Shown piece after piece: positions 48,154-60,657 of a stretch of DNA of 64,000 bases (the first letter of the stretch is position 1; the number at the start of each line of letters is the position of its first letter). Source of the DNA: an uncultured delta proteobacterium (GTDB taxonomy: Bacteria > Myxococcota > Myxococcia > Myxococcales > Myxococcaceae); NCBI GenBank assembly GCA_963771175.1, contig CAVYSY010000033.1:480001-544000 (forward strand). Reading direction: 5' to 3'. The notes below the pieces were generated by a model. It was given only the letters and a program-made list of their open reading frames with translations. It did not search any database and was not told the DNA's origin. A program made the translations under genes and the position numbers.

Positions 48154-48972
48154 GTGGGCGAAAACTCGAACCTTGCCGTGGGTTTCCGCAACGTCGACCG
48201 GACCGAGGCGCCTGACAACGCGGTTCGCTTCCTGGATGCGCTCAACACCACGCACGAAGTGATGGAGATGCAGCGGCTCAGCAACGCCCTGCTGGAGGTA
48301 GGTGAAGGCTCGCGAATCCTGGACGCCGGCTGTGGCCTGGGTGAGCCCACCCGGGCTCTCGCTGCAATCGTGGGGCGGAGCGGACGGGTGGTGGGCGTCG
48401 ACCTGAGCGAGAGCATCCTGGCCGAGGCCTATCGGCGGACGGAGGGGACAGGGCTGTCCGTGGAGTACCTGGTGAGCGACATCCACCGGATGGACTTCCC
48501 CGACGAGAGCTTCGACGCGTGCCGCTCCTCCCGCGTCTTCATCTATCTGGACGATCCCCGCAAGGCGCTGAGTGAGCTGCTTCGAATCATCCGGCCGGGC
48601 GGCAGGGTGGTCATCTTCGAGCCCGAGCTGGACAGCTGGGTCCTGGACGGGCCGGATCGGAGCGTGGTCCGCAAGGTGGTCCACTTCTGGGCCGATCAAC
48701 TCCGCAACCCCTGGATCGGCCGGCAACTGCCGAGCCTTTTCCACTCCCTGGGCGCCCACAAGGTGACGTATCACCCGGTGGTGGGCACGTGGACCCTGGG
48801 CATGCTGGAGGTGTTCGGCGTGCACTCCGTACTGGACAAGGCCGTACTGGAGGGCGTGGTGACCCGGACGCAGGTGGACGACTGGCTCCGCTTCCTGGAG
48901 GCGTCCGAGCGTAACGGCACCTTCACCGGCACCATGACGGGAATGATCGTCCGCGGGTTCAAAGCAGCGTGA
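48154..48972 (+). CDS. Class I SAM-dependent methyltransferase
   Basis: ILDAGCGLG, VGVDLS, FPDESFD, IRPGG; GTG start after AAGGAGGT. Confidence 0.9.
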   Translation: MGENSNLAVGFRNVDRTEAPDNAVRFLDALNTTHEVMEMQRLSNALLEVGEGSRILDAGCGLGEPTRALAAIVGRSGRVVGVDLSESILAEAYRRTEGTGLSVEYLVSDIHRMDFPDESFDACRSSRVFIYLDDPRKALSELLRIIRPGGRVVIFEPELDSWVLDGPDRSVVRKVVHFWADQLRNPWIGRQLPSLFHSLGAHKVTYHPVVGTWTLGMLEVFGVHSVLDKAVLEGVVTRTQVDDWLRFLEASERNGTFTGTMTGMIVRGFKAA

Positions 48973-49021
48973 CGGTACAGTTCCGCCGCACCTATAACTC
49001 GTAGCACCTTGCTCATTTAAA

Positions 49022-49909
49022 ATGACCTCAATGGTGATGAATCACGCGGAAGACAGCATCGAGAGCGCGGGTGGGATGAAGCTGTACGCCCAGCGCTGGC
49101 GCCCGCAGGGGGAGCCCCGCACGGTGGTGGCCATCGTCCACGGCATCGGTGAGCACAGCGGACGGTTCAAGAAGATCGTCGAGCACCTCGTTCCCCGAGG
49201 CCATGCGGTGTACTCCGTGGATCTCCGGGGGCACGGGCGCTCCCCGGGCCAGCGCGGTCACCTGATGTCGTGGTCGGAGTACCGAGAGGACGTGAAGGCG
49301 CTGCTCGGATGGATTCGCGCGCAGGAGCCCGGCCGTCCCGTCTTCATCTACGGGCACAGCATGGGTGGGCTCATCGTGCTGGACTACATCCTGCGCCACC
49401 CGGAAGGGCTGAACGGCGCGGTCGTCAGCGGCGTCGCCCTGGATTCGGCCGTGGCGGGCCCGGCACTGATCGCCGCCGCGATCCTCTTCCCGCGCATCTG
49501 GCCGACCTTCCGCACCAAGGTGAACCTGAAGCCCGAGGCCCTGAGCCGGGATCCGGCGGTGGTCGCCGACTACCTGGCGGATCCGCTGACCCATCGCGAG
49601 TGCTCGGCCCGCTGGGCCGCCGAGGCCATCGCCGCCGGCCAGTTCGTGCGAGCCCATGCCTCGGAGCTGCGCGTGCCCCTGCTGATGCTCCACGGCGAGG
49701 CGGACAGCATCAACTACGCCAGCGGGACCCGTACGTTCTTCGATGCGGTGAGCTTGCCCGACAAGAAGATGCACCTCGTCCCGGGTGGCTACCATGAGCC
49801 GCACAGCGACCCCGGCTACGAGCAGGTGCTCCAGCTCGTGGAAGAGCACCTGCTCTCGCATGTGCCCGCGAACTCGCAGCCGAGGAACGTGAGCTCCGGC
49901 ACCGCCTGA
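49022..49909 (+). CDS. Lysophospholipase / monoacylglycerol-lipase-like alpha/beta hydrolase
   Basis: HGIGEHSGR, DLRGHGRS, GHSMGG, HGEAD, YHE. Confidence 0.92.
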   Translation: MTSMVMNHAEDSIESAGGMKLYAQRWRPQGEPRTVVAIVHGIGEHSGRFKKIVEHLVPRGHAVYSVDLRGHGRSPGQRGHLMSWSEYREDVKALLGWIRAQEPGRPVFIYGHSMGGLIVLDYILRHPEGLNGAVVSGVALDSAVAGPALIAAAILFPRIWPTFRTKVNLKPEALSRDPAVVADYLADPLTHRECSARWAAEAIAAGQFVRAHASELRVPLLMLHGEADSINYASGTRTFFDAVSLPDKKMHLVPGGYHEPHSDPGYEQVLQLVEEHLLSHVPANSQPRNVSSGTA

Positions 49910-49929
49910 GCCGCTCTGGAGAAAAAAGA

Positions 49930-50568
49930 ATGTTCAAGAAGGTTGTTCTCGCGCTCGCCGTCGCCCTCGTGGGCTTCGGCGCGGTGGTGGCATCACGGCC
50001 GTCCACCTTCCACGTCGAGCGCTCCATCACCGTGGCCGCCCCCGTCGAGCTCCCCTTCGGGCTGGTGAACGATTTCCACAAGTGGCGCTTCTGGTCGCCG
50101 TGGGAAGCGCTCGACCCGAAGATGAAGAGGACCTTCGACGGGCCCTTCGCAGGGCCCGGCGCCATCTACGCCTGGGCCGGCAACAAGGACGTCGGCAAGG
50201 GGCAGATGACCATCCTGGAGTCACAGCCCTACGAGAGCATCCGCATCCTGCTCGAGTTCACCGAGCCCTGGCCCGCCACGAGCAACACCACCGTCACCTT
50301 CCAGCCCGTCCCCGAGGGCATCCGGGTGACGTGGGCCATGGAGGGGAAGAACGATTTCATAGGCAAGGCCTTCTCCCTGTTCATGGACATGGACGCGATG
50401 ATCGGAAAGGACCTCGAGAAGGGCCTCGCCACCATCCAGTCGCTGACCGAGAACGAGGCGAAGAACCGGCGCGAGCGGGAGGCCCTGCTCAAGGCCAGGG
50501 CCGAGGAGGCCGCGCGGGCTGCCCAGGCTCCCGCTCCGGCGCCCCAGGCGACCCCGACCACGCCGTGA
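49930..50568 (+). CDS. SRPBCC (polyketide cyclase-like) family protein
   Basis: FHVERSITV, WSPW, YAWAGNKDVGKG, VTWAM, IGKDLEKGL. Confidence 0.9.
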   Translation: MFKKVVLALAVALVGFGAVVASRPSTFHVERSITVAAPVELPFGLVNDFHKWRFWSPWEALDPKMKRTFDGPFAGPGAIYAWAGNKDVGKGQMTILESQPYESIRILLEFTEPWPATSNTTVTFQPVPEGIRVTWAMEGKNDFIGKAFSLFMDMDAMIGKDLEKGLATIQSLTENEAKNRREREALLKARAEEAARAAQAPAPAPQATPTTP

Positions 50569-50595
50569 GCCAGGCCCGGGGCTTCCCGGCGAGCA

Positions 50596-50619
50596 GGGCC
50601 CTCCTGAGAGGGAGGGCCC
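50596..50619. terminator. GC-rich hairpin after the SRPBCC gene
   Basis: GGGCCCTCC-tgagag-GGAGGGCCC perfect 9-bp stem. Confidence 0.55.
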
Positions 50620-50771
50620 CGTGGCATGCCTCGCCGCCCACCCTCCATGCGCCCTACTGAGCCGAGGGCGACCTGACGACCGCCACTCGGGCGCGATGCG
50701 CACGATGAGGGAAAGGACACGTGCCGCCGCCCGGAGCCTGGGGCGTGGGCACCCCAGGATGGAGCGAGGCC

Positions 50772-51020
50772 ATGGACAAGAAGGAATGGCTCAACCGGCC
50801 CATGGGCATCCCGGTGGACCCGGAGAAGCAGAAGGACCCCGAGGCCGCCGGGGACCGGGTTCCCGTCGAGGGCCGTGCCGAGAGGTTGAACGACGTGACC
50901 GGCCAGGGTGGCGGCCAACGCACCGACGTCAGCGGCCACCCCACCAAGGACGAGGGAGTGAAGGGAGGCGCCTTCGAGAAGTACGGCGGACGGGGTGAGC
51001 CGCCAGAAGACATGGATTGA
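50772..51020 (+). CDS. Small hydrophilic hypothetical protein, 82 aa
   Basis: MDKKEWLNRPMGIPVDPEKQ after a GAGG RBS; GC3-biased codons. Confidence 0.5.
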   Translation: MDKKEWLNRPMGIPVDPEKQKDPEAAGDRVPVEGRAERLNDVTGQGGGQRTDVSGHPTKDEGVKGGAFEKYGGRGEPPEDMD

Positions 51021-51150
51021 CTCCGGACGAAGAGCGTCCATAGGGGGCGCCCCAGGGCCTTCTGTGCATCCAGCAACGCTTGGCTTTTGGACCTGGTGGC
51101 ATGCGGTCCTCCCTCCAAGCACGTGTCAGAGCGCGGCGTATCCTTCGGGA

Positions 51151-52389
51151 ATGATGCAGCGACACGCCTCCCGTATCGTCCTCCTCCTCTGGCTCACTGC
51201 GGGACTGGGCGCTCTCGGACAGGCCCCTACCCCGTCCGCCCAGGCGCAGGCGCCCCAGGTCACCTTCGAGGTGACGGTCCCTCCCGAGACCCCGCCGGAC
51301 GCGGAGGTGTGGCTCTCCGGAAACCACGCCGCCCTGGGCCAGTGGAACGGCGCGGGAGTGAAGCTGACGCGCTCGCCGGAGGGGCGCTACACCACCCGCC
51401 TGCCGCTGCCGGCGGGCACCGCGCTCGAGTACAAGGTAACGCGCGGCTCGTGGGCCACCGTGGAGAAGGACGCCTCCGGCCAGGAGCTCCCCAATCGCGC
51501 CTTGCGCGTGGACAGCCGCTCCGAGCGCGTCTCCCTCACCGTGGCCCGCTGGGCCGACCAGGGTGGCGCATCGCCCGCCCCCTCCACGGTCACGGGCAAC
51601 GTCCGCTACCTGCGCGACGTGACGTCGCGCCACCTGCCTCGCAAGCGCGACATCATCGTCTGGCTGCCGCCCGACTACGACACCAACCCGAAGCGCCGCT
51701 ACCCGGTGCTCTACATGCACGACGGGCAGAACCTGATGGACGCCGCCACCTCGTTCTCCGGCGAGTGGCACGTGGACGAGACGGCGCAACAGCTCGTGCG
51801 GGCCGGAGAGGTGGAGCCGCTCATCATCGTTGGCATCTACAACACCGAGGATCGCTTCTTCGAGTACACCCAGGTGCGCGACACCGGCGAGTACGCCCAG
51901 CTCGGCGGCGGCAACGCGGATGCCTACGGGCGATTCCTCGTCGAGGAACTCAAACCCCTCATCGACAAGACGTTCCGCACCCGGCCCGGCCCCGCGGACA
52001 CGGGACTCGCGGGCTCCTCGCTGGGAGGTCTGGTGACGATGTACCTGGGCCTGAACCATCCGGGCACCTTCCGGCGCCTGGGGGTGGTGTCCCCCTCCGT
52101 CTTCTGGGCCAACCGGGACATCCTCAACCGGGTGAAGGGCCTGCGGAAGAAGCCCGCCTCGCGCGTCTGGGTGGACATCGGCACCGAGGAGTCGAAAGGC
52201 AGCCAGGAGACGGTGGACGACACCCGGCTGCTGCGCGATGCGCTGGTGGCCCGGGGTTGGGTGCTCGGCAAGGACCTCCAGTACGTGGAGGTGCCCGGCG
52301 CATTCCACACCGAGAGCGCCTGGGCCGAGCGCTTCGACGACCTCCTCCGCTACCTCTACCGAGCCCCCGCGGCCCGACCCAAGCCCTGA
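51151..52389 (+). CDS. Secreted CBM20-like domain fused to an IroE/Fes-like alpha/beta esterase
   Basis: VTFEVTVP..VWLSGNHAALGQWN..LEYKVTRG; YPVLYMHDGQN; GSSLGG; HTESAW. Confidence 0.88.
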   Translation: MMQRHASRIVLLLWLTAGLGALGQAPTPSAQAQAPQVTFEVTVPPETPPDAEVWLSGNHAALGQWNGAGVKLTRSPEGRYTTRLPLPAGTALEYKVTRGSWATVEKDASGQELPNRALRVDSRSERVSLTVARWADQGGASPAPSTVTGNVRYLRDVTSRHLPRKRDIIVWLPPDYDTNPKRRYPVLYMHDGQNLMDAATSFSGEWHVDETAQQLVRAGEVEPLIIVGIYNTEDRFFEYTQVRDTGEYAQLGGGNADAYGRFLVEELKPLIDKTFRTRPGPADTGLAGSSLGGLVTMYLGLNHPGTFRRLGVVSPSVFWANRDILNRVKGLRKKPASRVWVDIGTEESKGSQETVDDTRLLRDALVARGWVLGKDLQYVEVPGAFHTESAWAERFDDLLRYLYRAPAARPKP

Positions 52390-52433
52390 GCTCGGGGCGC
52401 GCGGCCGCGACGTCCCTCACTCCGATGCGGCCG

Positions 52434-52564
52434 TCGGCACAGCCGCTCCAGGCCCTGTCTGTCGTTGGCACGCAAATGCGTGTTGGCGTGCAGGGAGAAG
52501 CCCTCCAGGAAGGCGCACCGGGGCTGCTTCTGGGAGGGGCCGGACGTCCAGCTGCTTCTGTCCA
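52434..52564 (-). mobile_element. Remnant of an IS91-family (Y2) transposase
   Basis: Translates to (W-T-E..L-D-V-R-P, frameshifted) KQPRCAFLEGFSLHANTHLRANDRQGLERLCR, stopping just before the expected catalytic Tyr. Confidence 0.75.
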
Positions 52565-52717
52565 TGCGCGCAATGCAAGAAAACTCATGTTCTCGAACTG
52601 CGAGAAGACAAATGATTTGGCCAGGCGGTCACCGAGCCTGGAGCCGGCTCCGCCTTGCGCCAGCCGGCCGCGGAGGCCGAGTGAAAAAAACACGGCCGGC
52701 GGGGGCATCAGTGCTAC

Positions 52718-54436
52718 GTGCGTGACACTGCAATCCCTCGCCAACCCCCTCCGGAGAGCGCTCCGGCCGACGTCAGGTCTCAAGACATGGTGATTCATCG
52801 CCTCGCGGAAACCCCCGAGCTGAACAACGCGCTGCTCGTCGGCTCCGCCGTGCTGTTCTCGCTGCTCTCCATCTGGTTCGTGCTCGGCACCTCCAGCTTT
52901 CTGCTCCACCAGGGCATCCGGGCGAGCGGTATCAGGTCCCTGGCCTCCGTGGGTGAGGGCCTCTCCAAGCGGGGACGGCTGCTGGCCGCCCTGCTCTCCA
53001 TCCCCGTCGTCCTCGCCGGTATTGGATTGCTCGGTTACGCGCTCTGGAGGGGAGCCGATCTGCAGCCCTGGTTCGAGCTGGCGCTGCTGGAGCTCACCCC
53101 CGACGTGCTCAAGGCCCTGGGGCGCGGCGTGGCCCTGGTGGTGCTGATGCTCATCAGCTTCTACACGCTGCAGCGCAGCGGCCGGCGCCTGATGGGCCGG
53201 GCCGAGCAGAAGTTGCGCGAGCGCCAGCTCCCCGAGGCGCAGCGCATCCACGTGGAGAAGCTGCTGGAGTGTCTGCCCTCGGTCCTCAACCTCGCGCTGG
53301 CCAACTCGGTGGTGCTCCTGGCGCTCCCGGCCCTGGCGCTCCCGGCTGCCGTCGAGTGGCTGATCACCACCACCCTGTACATCCTGCTGCTCGTCACCGG
53401 CGGGCGGGCGCTCGTGTTCCTGCTCTACTTCATGTCCGAGCGACTGGTGGCCTCCTGGGAGGACAAGAGCAAGGGCACGCGGCTCGAGGAGTACTACGTG
53501 GCCCTGCGCCGGCTGCTGCCGGTGGGCCAGAAGAGCCTCGAGGCCATCTCCTATATCTCCGTGGCGACCCTGATCGTCCGCCAGTTCCAGACACTGGAGC
53601 CCGTGGCGCCCTACGGCCCCATCCTGATCCGCATCGTCTCGATGTTCCTGGCCGCCAGCGTGTTCGTCGAGCTCAGCCGCGTCATGCTCTTCCGGCTGCT
53701 GTCGTCCAGCACCGCCACCACCGCCGACGATGTGCAGCGCCGGCGCCAGACGTTCGTCAGCCTGTTGCAGAGCATCATCAAGTACGTCATCTACTTCTGC
53801 GTCTGCATGATGGTCCTCAGCGATCTCGGCGTGGATCCGACGCCCATCCTGGCGGGCGCCGGCATCGTGGGCCTGACGGTGGGCCTGGGGGCCCAGGCCA
53901 TCGTGCAGGATCTGCTCAACGGCATCTTCCTGCTGTTCGAGGATCAGATCCTGAATGGAGACTACATCCGCATCGGCGACACCGAGGGAGTGGTGGAGGA
54001 GATCACTCCCCGGGTCACGCGCATCCGGGATCGCTACGGGCGCCTGCACATCATGCGCAATGGTGAAATCAAGAACGTCATCAATTACAGCCGGGGGTGG
54101 ACGCTGGCCGTGGTGGAGATGAGCGTTGCGTATGAATCGAACCTCAAGCTGGCACTCCAGGTCATCAACGAGTCCAGCTCCCGGCTTCCCGGGCTGCTCC
54201 CGGGCAAGGTCATCGAGACGCCCATGGTCATGGGGATCGAGACCATCGACGACAGCTGCCTCCGGATTCGCATCGAGACGAAGGTCTCTCCCGGGTGCCA
54301 TTACGAGGTGAAGCGGGTGCTGCACATGTTGCTGGTGGAGAGCTTCAACGCCAACAACCTGGAGATCCCCTACCCCAAGTCCGTCCAGTTCTCGGATCCG
54401 GCGCCGCTCGACCCGCCCCAGGACAAGGCTGCCTGA
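52718..54436 (+). CDS. MscS-family mechanosensitive channel (alternative start 52787)
   Basis: ILAGAGIVGLTVGLGAQAIVQDLLNGIFLLFEDQ..GDYI..GVVEEI..NGEI..NYSR..EIPYP. Confidence 0.92.
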   Translation: MRDTAIPRQPPPESAPADVRSQDMVIHRLAETPELNNALLVGSAVLFSLLSIWFVLGTSSFLLHQGIRASGIRSLASVGEGLSKRGRLLAALLSIPVVLAGIGLLGYALWRGADLQPWFELALLELTPDVLKALGRGVALVVLMLISFYTLQRSGRRLMGRAEQKLRERQLPEAQRIHVEKLLECLPSVLNLALANSVVLLALPALALPAAVEWLITTTLYILLLVTGGRALVFLLYFMSERLVASWEDKSKGTRLEEYYVALRRLLPVGQKSLEAISYISVATLIVRQFQTLEPVAPYGPILIRIVSMFLAASVFVELSRVMLFRLLSSSTATTADDVQRRRQTFVSLLQSIIKYVIYFCVCMMVLSDLGVDPTPILAGAGIVGLTVGLGAQAIVQDLLNGIFLLFEDQILNGDYIRIGDTEGVVEEITPRVTRIRDRYGRLHIMRNGEIKNVINYSRGWTLAVVEMSVAYESNLKLALQVINESSSRLPGLLPGKVIETPMVMGIETIDDSCLRIRIETKVSPGCHYEVKRVLHMLLVESFNANNLEIPYPKSVQFSDPAPLDPPQDKAA

Positions 54437-54497
54437 GCGCTCCTCGCCTGCTCGTCTCTCACCGGCGGGCAGGCGCGGACTTCAACGCCGCGCGAAG

Positions 54498-56926
<2,429 letters not shown>

Positions 56927-56932
56927 TAGGTC

Positions 56933-58342
56933 ATGGCGAATTTCGGGAAGCTGGTTGAGGAAGCCAAGAAGCAGCAGATGAGCCTCGGGACGGACGCGGC
57001 GCGCCAGCTGGCGACGACGACCAAGTCGGCCCCGCAGATGCAGGGAATCTCCTCCCGGTGGCTGCTCAAGCTGCTGCCGTGGGTGCAGGTCACCGGCGGC
57101 GTGTACCGCGTCAACCGCCGCTTGAGCTATGCCGTCGGCGACGGCCGGGTGACCTTCACCAGCACCGGCGCGAAGGTGCAGGTCATTCCGCAGGAGCTCA
57201 GCGAGCTGCCGCTGCTGCGCGGCTTCGACGACGCCGAGGTGCTGGCCGCCCTGGCCAACCGCTTCGAGCAGAAGGAGTTCAAGGCCGGTGACGTGCATCA
57301 CCGAGGCCGGCAAGGAGGCCGATTCGATCTGCCTCATCGCTCACGGCAAGGTGAACAAGATCGGCACCGGCAAGTACGGCGAGCAGACCGTGCTCGAGGT
57401 GCTGGCCGATGGCGACCACTACAGCTACGAGGTGCTGCTGGAGTCGCAGGACTACTGGCAGTTCACGGTCAAGGCCGTCACCTCGTGCACGGTGCTGATC
57501 CTCCAGCAGTCCGCGTTCGAGGCGGTGGTCGCCCAGGCCCCGTCGCTGCAGAAGCACATCGAGGACTTCAAGGCGCTCGCCAAGAAGAAGCAGGACAAGT
57601 CGGGCCAGGCCGACATCGAGCTGGCCGCGGGACATCATGGACGAGCCCGTGCTGCCGGGCACCTTCGTGGATTACGAGACCTCGCCCCGCGAGTACGAGC
57701 TGAGCGTGGCCCAGACCGTGCTCCAGATCCACACGCCGCGTCGCCGACCTGTTCAACGACCCGATGAACCAGACCCAGCAGCAGCTGCGTCTGACCGTCG
57801 AGGCGCTGAAGGAGCGCAAGGAGCACGAGCTGATCAACAACCGCGAGTTCGGCCTGCTGCACAACGCCGATCTCAAGCAGCGCATCCACACCCGCAGCGG
57901 GCCGCCGACGCCCGACGACATGGACGAGCTGCTGGCCACCGTGTGGAAGGATCCGTCCTTCTTCCTGGCCCACCCGCGCGCCATCGCCGCGTTCGGTCAG
58001 GAGTGCAACCGCCGCGGCATCTACCCCACCAGCGTCGACGTGAACGGCAACGCGGTCCCCGCCTGGCGCGGCGTCCCCATCTTCCCCTGCAACAAGATCC
58101 CCATCAGCGACACCCGCACCAGCTCCATCCTCCTGATGCGCGCGGGGGAGGAGAACCAGGGCGTCATCGGCCTGCACCAGGCGGGCATCCCCGACGAGAT
58201 CGAGCCCAGCCTGAACGTGCGGTTCATGGGCATCAACGAGAAGGCCGTCATCTCCTACCTCGTCAGCACCTACTTCTCCGCGGCGGTCCTCGTCCCCGAC
58301 GCGCTCGGCATCCTCGAGAGCGTCGAGATTGGCCGCGTCTAG
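56933..58342 (+). CDS. Family 2B encapsulin shell protein 1 with cNMP-fold insertion, about 468 aa (three apparent +1 frameshifts near 57296, 57636, 57736)
   Basis: [97 protein letters not shown]. Confidence 0.92.
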
Positions 58343-58388
58343 GAAGCAGGCGGTCTGAGGCAGTTCGGACACAGCTGAGGCACACCTC

Positions 58389-59800
58389 ATGGCGAATACG
58401 ATGAAGACGGGCAGCGGTGGCGGTGAAGTCGAAAAGCAGCAGATGAGCCTGGGGACGGCCGCTGCCCGTCAGCTGGCGACGACGACCAAGTCGCGGCCGC
58501 AGATGCAGGGAATCTCTCCCCGGTGGCTGTTGCGCATGCTGCCCTGGGTCCAGGTGTCCGGGTGGCGTGTACCGCGTCAACCGCCGTCTGACCTACTCCG
58601 TGGGTGACGGGCGCCTGAGCTTCGCCAACATCGGCGCCAGGGTGGAGGTCATTCCCCAGGAGCTGTGTGAGCTGCCGCTGCTGCGCGGCGTCGATGACGC
58701 CGAGGTGTTGATCCGCCCTGGCGGGCCGGTTCGTCCAGAAGGAGTTCAAGCCGGGCGAGCTGATCGTCGAGGCGGGCCAGCCCGCCGAGCATGTGGTCCT
58801 GCTCGCCCATGGCAAGGCTCACAAGCTGGGCCGGGGCGCGTATGGCGATCCGGTCATCCTCGAGGTGCTCGCCGACGGCGACCACTTCGGGGATCAGGCG
58901 GTGGTGGAGTCGAACGACTCGTGGAAGTTCACGGTCAAGGCGCTGACCCCGTGCACGGTGATGATGCTGCCGCAGCGGGTGTTCGAGGAGCTGCTCAAGC
59001 AGTCCGCGGTGCTGTCCGCTCACGTCGAGCAGGTCAAGGAGCGGTTGAGCAAGCCCCAGGACAAGGCGGGACAGGCCGCCATCGAGCTCGCCGCCGGCCA
59101 CTCGGGCGAGCCGGAGCTGCCGGGGACCTTCGTCGACTACGAGCTCAAGCCCCGCGAGTACGAGCTGAGCCTGGCCCAGACCCTGCTCAAGGTGCATACC
59201 CGTGTCGCCGATGTGTTCAACGACCCGATGAACCAGGTGGGGGAACAGGTCCGGTTGACCATCGAGGCCCTGCGCGAGCGGCAGGAAGACGAGATGATCA
59301 ACAACCGCGACTTCGGGCTGCTGCACAACGCCGACCTCAAGCAGCGCATCCATGCGCGCAGCGGGCCGCCCACGCCCGACGACCTGGACGATCTGCTCAG
59401 CCGGCGCAAGAAGTCGCGGTTCTTCCTGGCCCACCCGCGCACCATCTCCGCGTTTGGACAGGAGTGCACCCGCCGCGGGCTCTACCCGCCCGTCGTCGAA
59501 GTGGAGGGCAAGAAGTTCATCGGCTGGCGCGGAGTCCCCCTGCTGCCCTGCGACAAGATCCCCATCTCCTCCGACCGCACGACCTCCATCCTCGTGCTCC
59601 GGACCGGGAAGGAAGATCAAGGCGTCATCGGCCTGCGGCAGACGGGCATCCCGGATGAGGTCGAGCCCGGCCTCTCCGTGCGCCACATGGGCGTCAACGA
59701 GAAGGCCATCTCCTCCTACCTCGTCAGCACCTACTATTCCGCGGCCGTCCTCATCCCCGACGCGCTCGGCGTCCTGGAGAACATCCAGCTCGGGCGCTGA
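58389..59800 (+). CDS. Family 2B encapsulin shell protein 2 with cNMP-fold insertion, about 469 aa (two apparent +1 frameshifts near 58560, 58711)
   Basis: Paralogue of the previous gene: [66 protein letters not shown]. Confidence 0.92.
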
Positions 59801-59873
59801 CCGTCCTCATCAGGGGCGGGCCCCTGCATCCACCTGGGCCCGCTCGCCGAGGACCTCGGCAATCTTGCCCGAG

Positions 59874-60389
59874 TCAGTTGAGGACGGGAGAGCAGAAGCC
59901 CGCCTTGCAGGCCAGCCCGCTGCAGCACGACACGCCGGTGCCACAGGCCTGACTGCTGCCGGCGCAGCTCTGTCCCCCATCCACGGGCCCCGGGGACCCG
60001 GCGTCCGGCTCGGGCTGCGTGCTCCCACCATCGGGAGTCCCCGCATCGGCGGGCGGAGGCGTCCCCTCGTCGGGCTCGCTGGAGCCCTCGCACGCCCCCA
60101 GGTGGTCGCCGTGGTGCAGGTGGGCCTTCACCGCTGGGGCTCCCACGGTGATGGTGTGCGCGTTGTCCGGATTGCCCGGTGGGATGTGGCAGAGGGTGAC
60201 CCCTTCTTCCGCCTCGTCCGCCGCCGCCGGCGCGTCCTTGTCCACTCCCGGCGCGCCCCCCAGTGCCCCTCCCTGGTCCTCCGAGCCGGGGCCAACCTCC
60301 CCCGGTTGGGTGCTCACCCCGCACCCGCACAGGAGCAGCGTGCAGAGCGTCGCGAGCACGGCGGATGAAGTCATCGTCTGGAATCGCAT
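59874..60389 (-). CDS. Putative lipoprotein with a His-rich mini-domain and C-terminal six-Cys motif
   Basis: LLLCGC lipobox-like; VTLCHIPPGNPDNAHTITVGAPAVKAHLHHGDHLGAC; CAGSSQACGTGVSCCSGLACKAGFC. Confidence 0.75.
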   Translation of the reverse strand: MRFQTMTSSAVLATLCTLLLCGCGVSTQPGEVGPGSEDQGGALGGAPGVDKDAPAAADEAEEGVTLCHIPPGNPDNAHTITVGAPAVKAHLHHGDHLGACEGSSEPDEGTPPPADAGTPDGGSTQPEPDAGSPGPVDGGQSCAGSSQACGTGVSCCSGLACKAGFCSPVLN

Positions 60390-60657
60390 GAGCATCCTCA
60401 CTGTGTATGGCCTACGGTCACCCACGGAAAGCGTTGTCAGTCTTATCTCTCCTGGGCCTCACCACAATCCCCAATGCCATTCACATATGTGTCATGACGG
60501 AATTCACGCAAAGTGATTGCACCCCTCCCACCCAAAGCCAGCCACGGCGGAACGCCGTCCTTCCCGAGTTGCAATCCGCCCATCCAAGAGCATCCACGGT
60601 GGAACGTCCGTGCCTTGACAGGTTCAGACCCAAGCGGATGTGAGCCACCCGGGCAGG

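Noticed and set aside
56933..59800. Annotating the two genes as Crp/Fnr transcription regulators
   Set aside because: There is no C-terminal HTH, and the flanking sequence carries encapsulin shell motifs.
59811..59826. Short hairpin CAGGGG-cggg-CCCCTG after shell gene 2
   Set aside because: A 6-bp stem without a U-tract is too weak to call a terminator.
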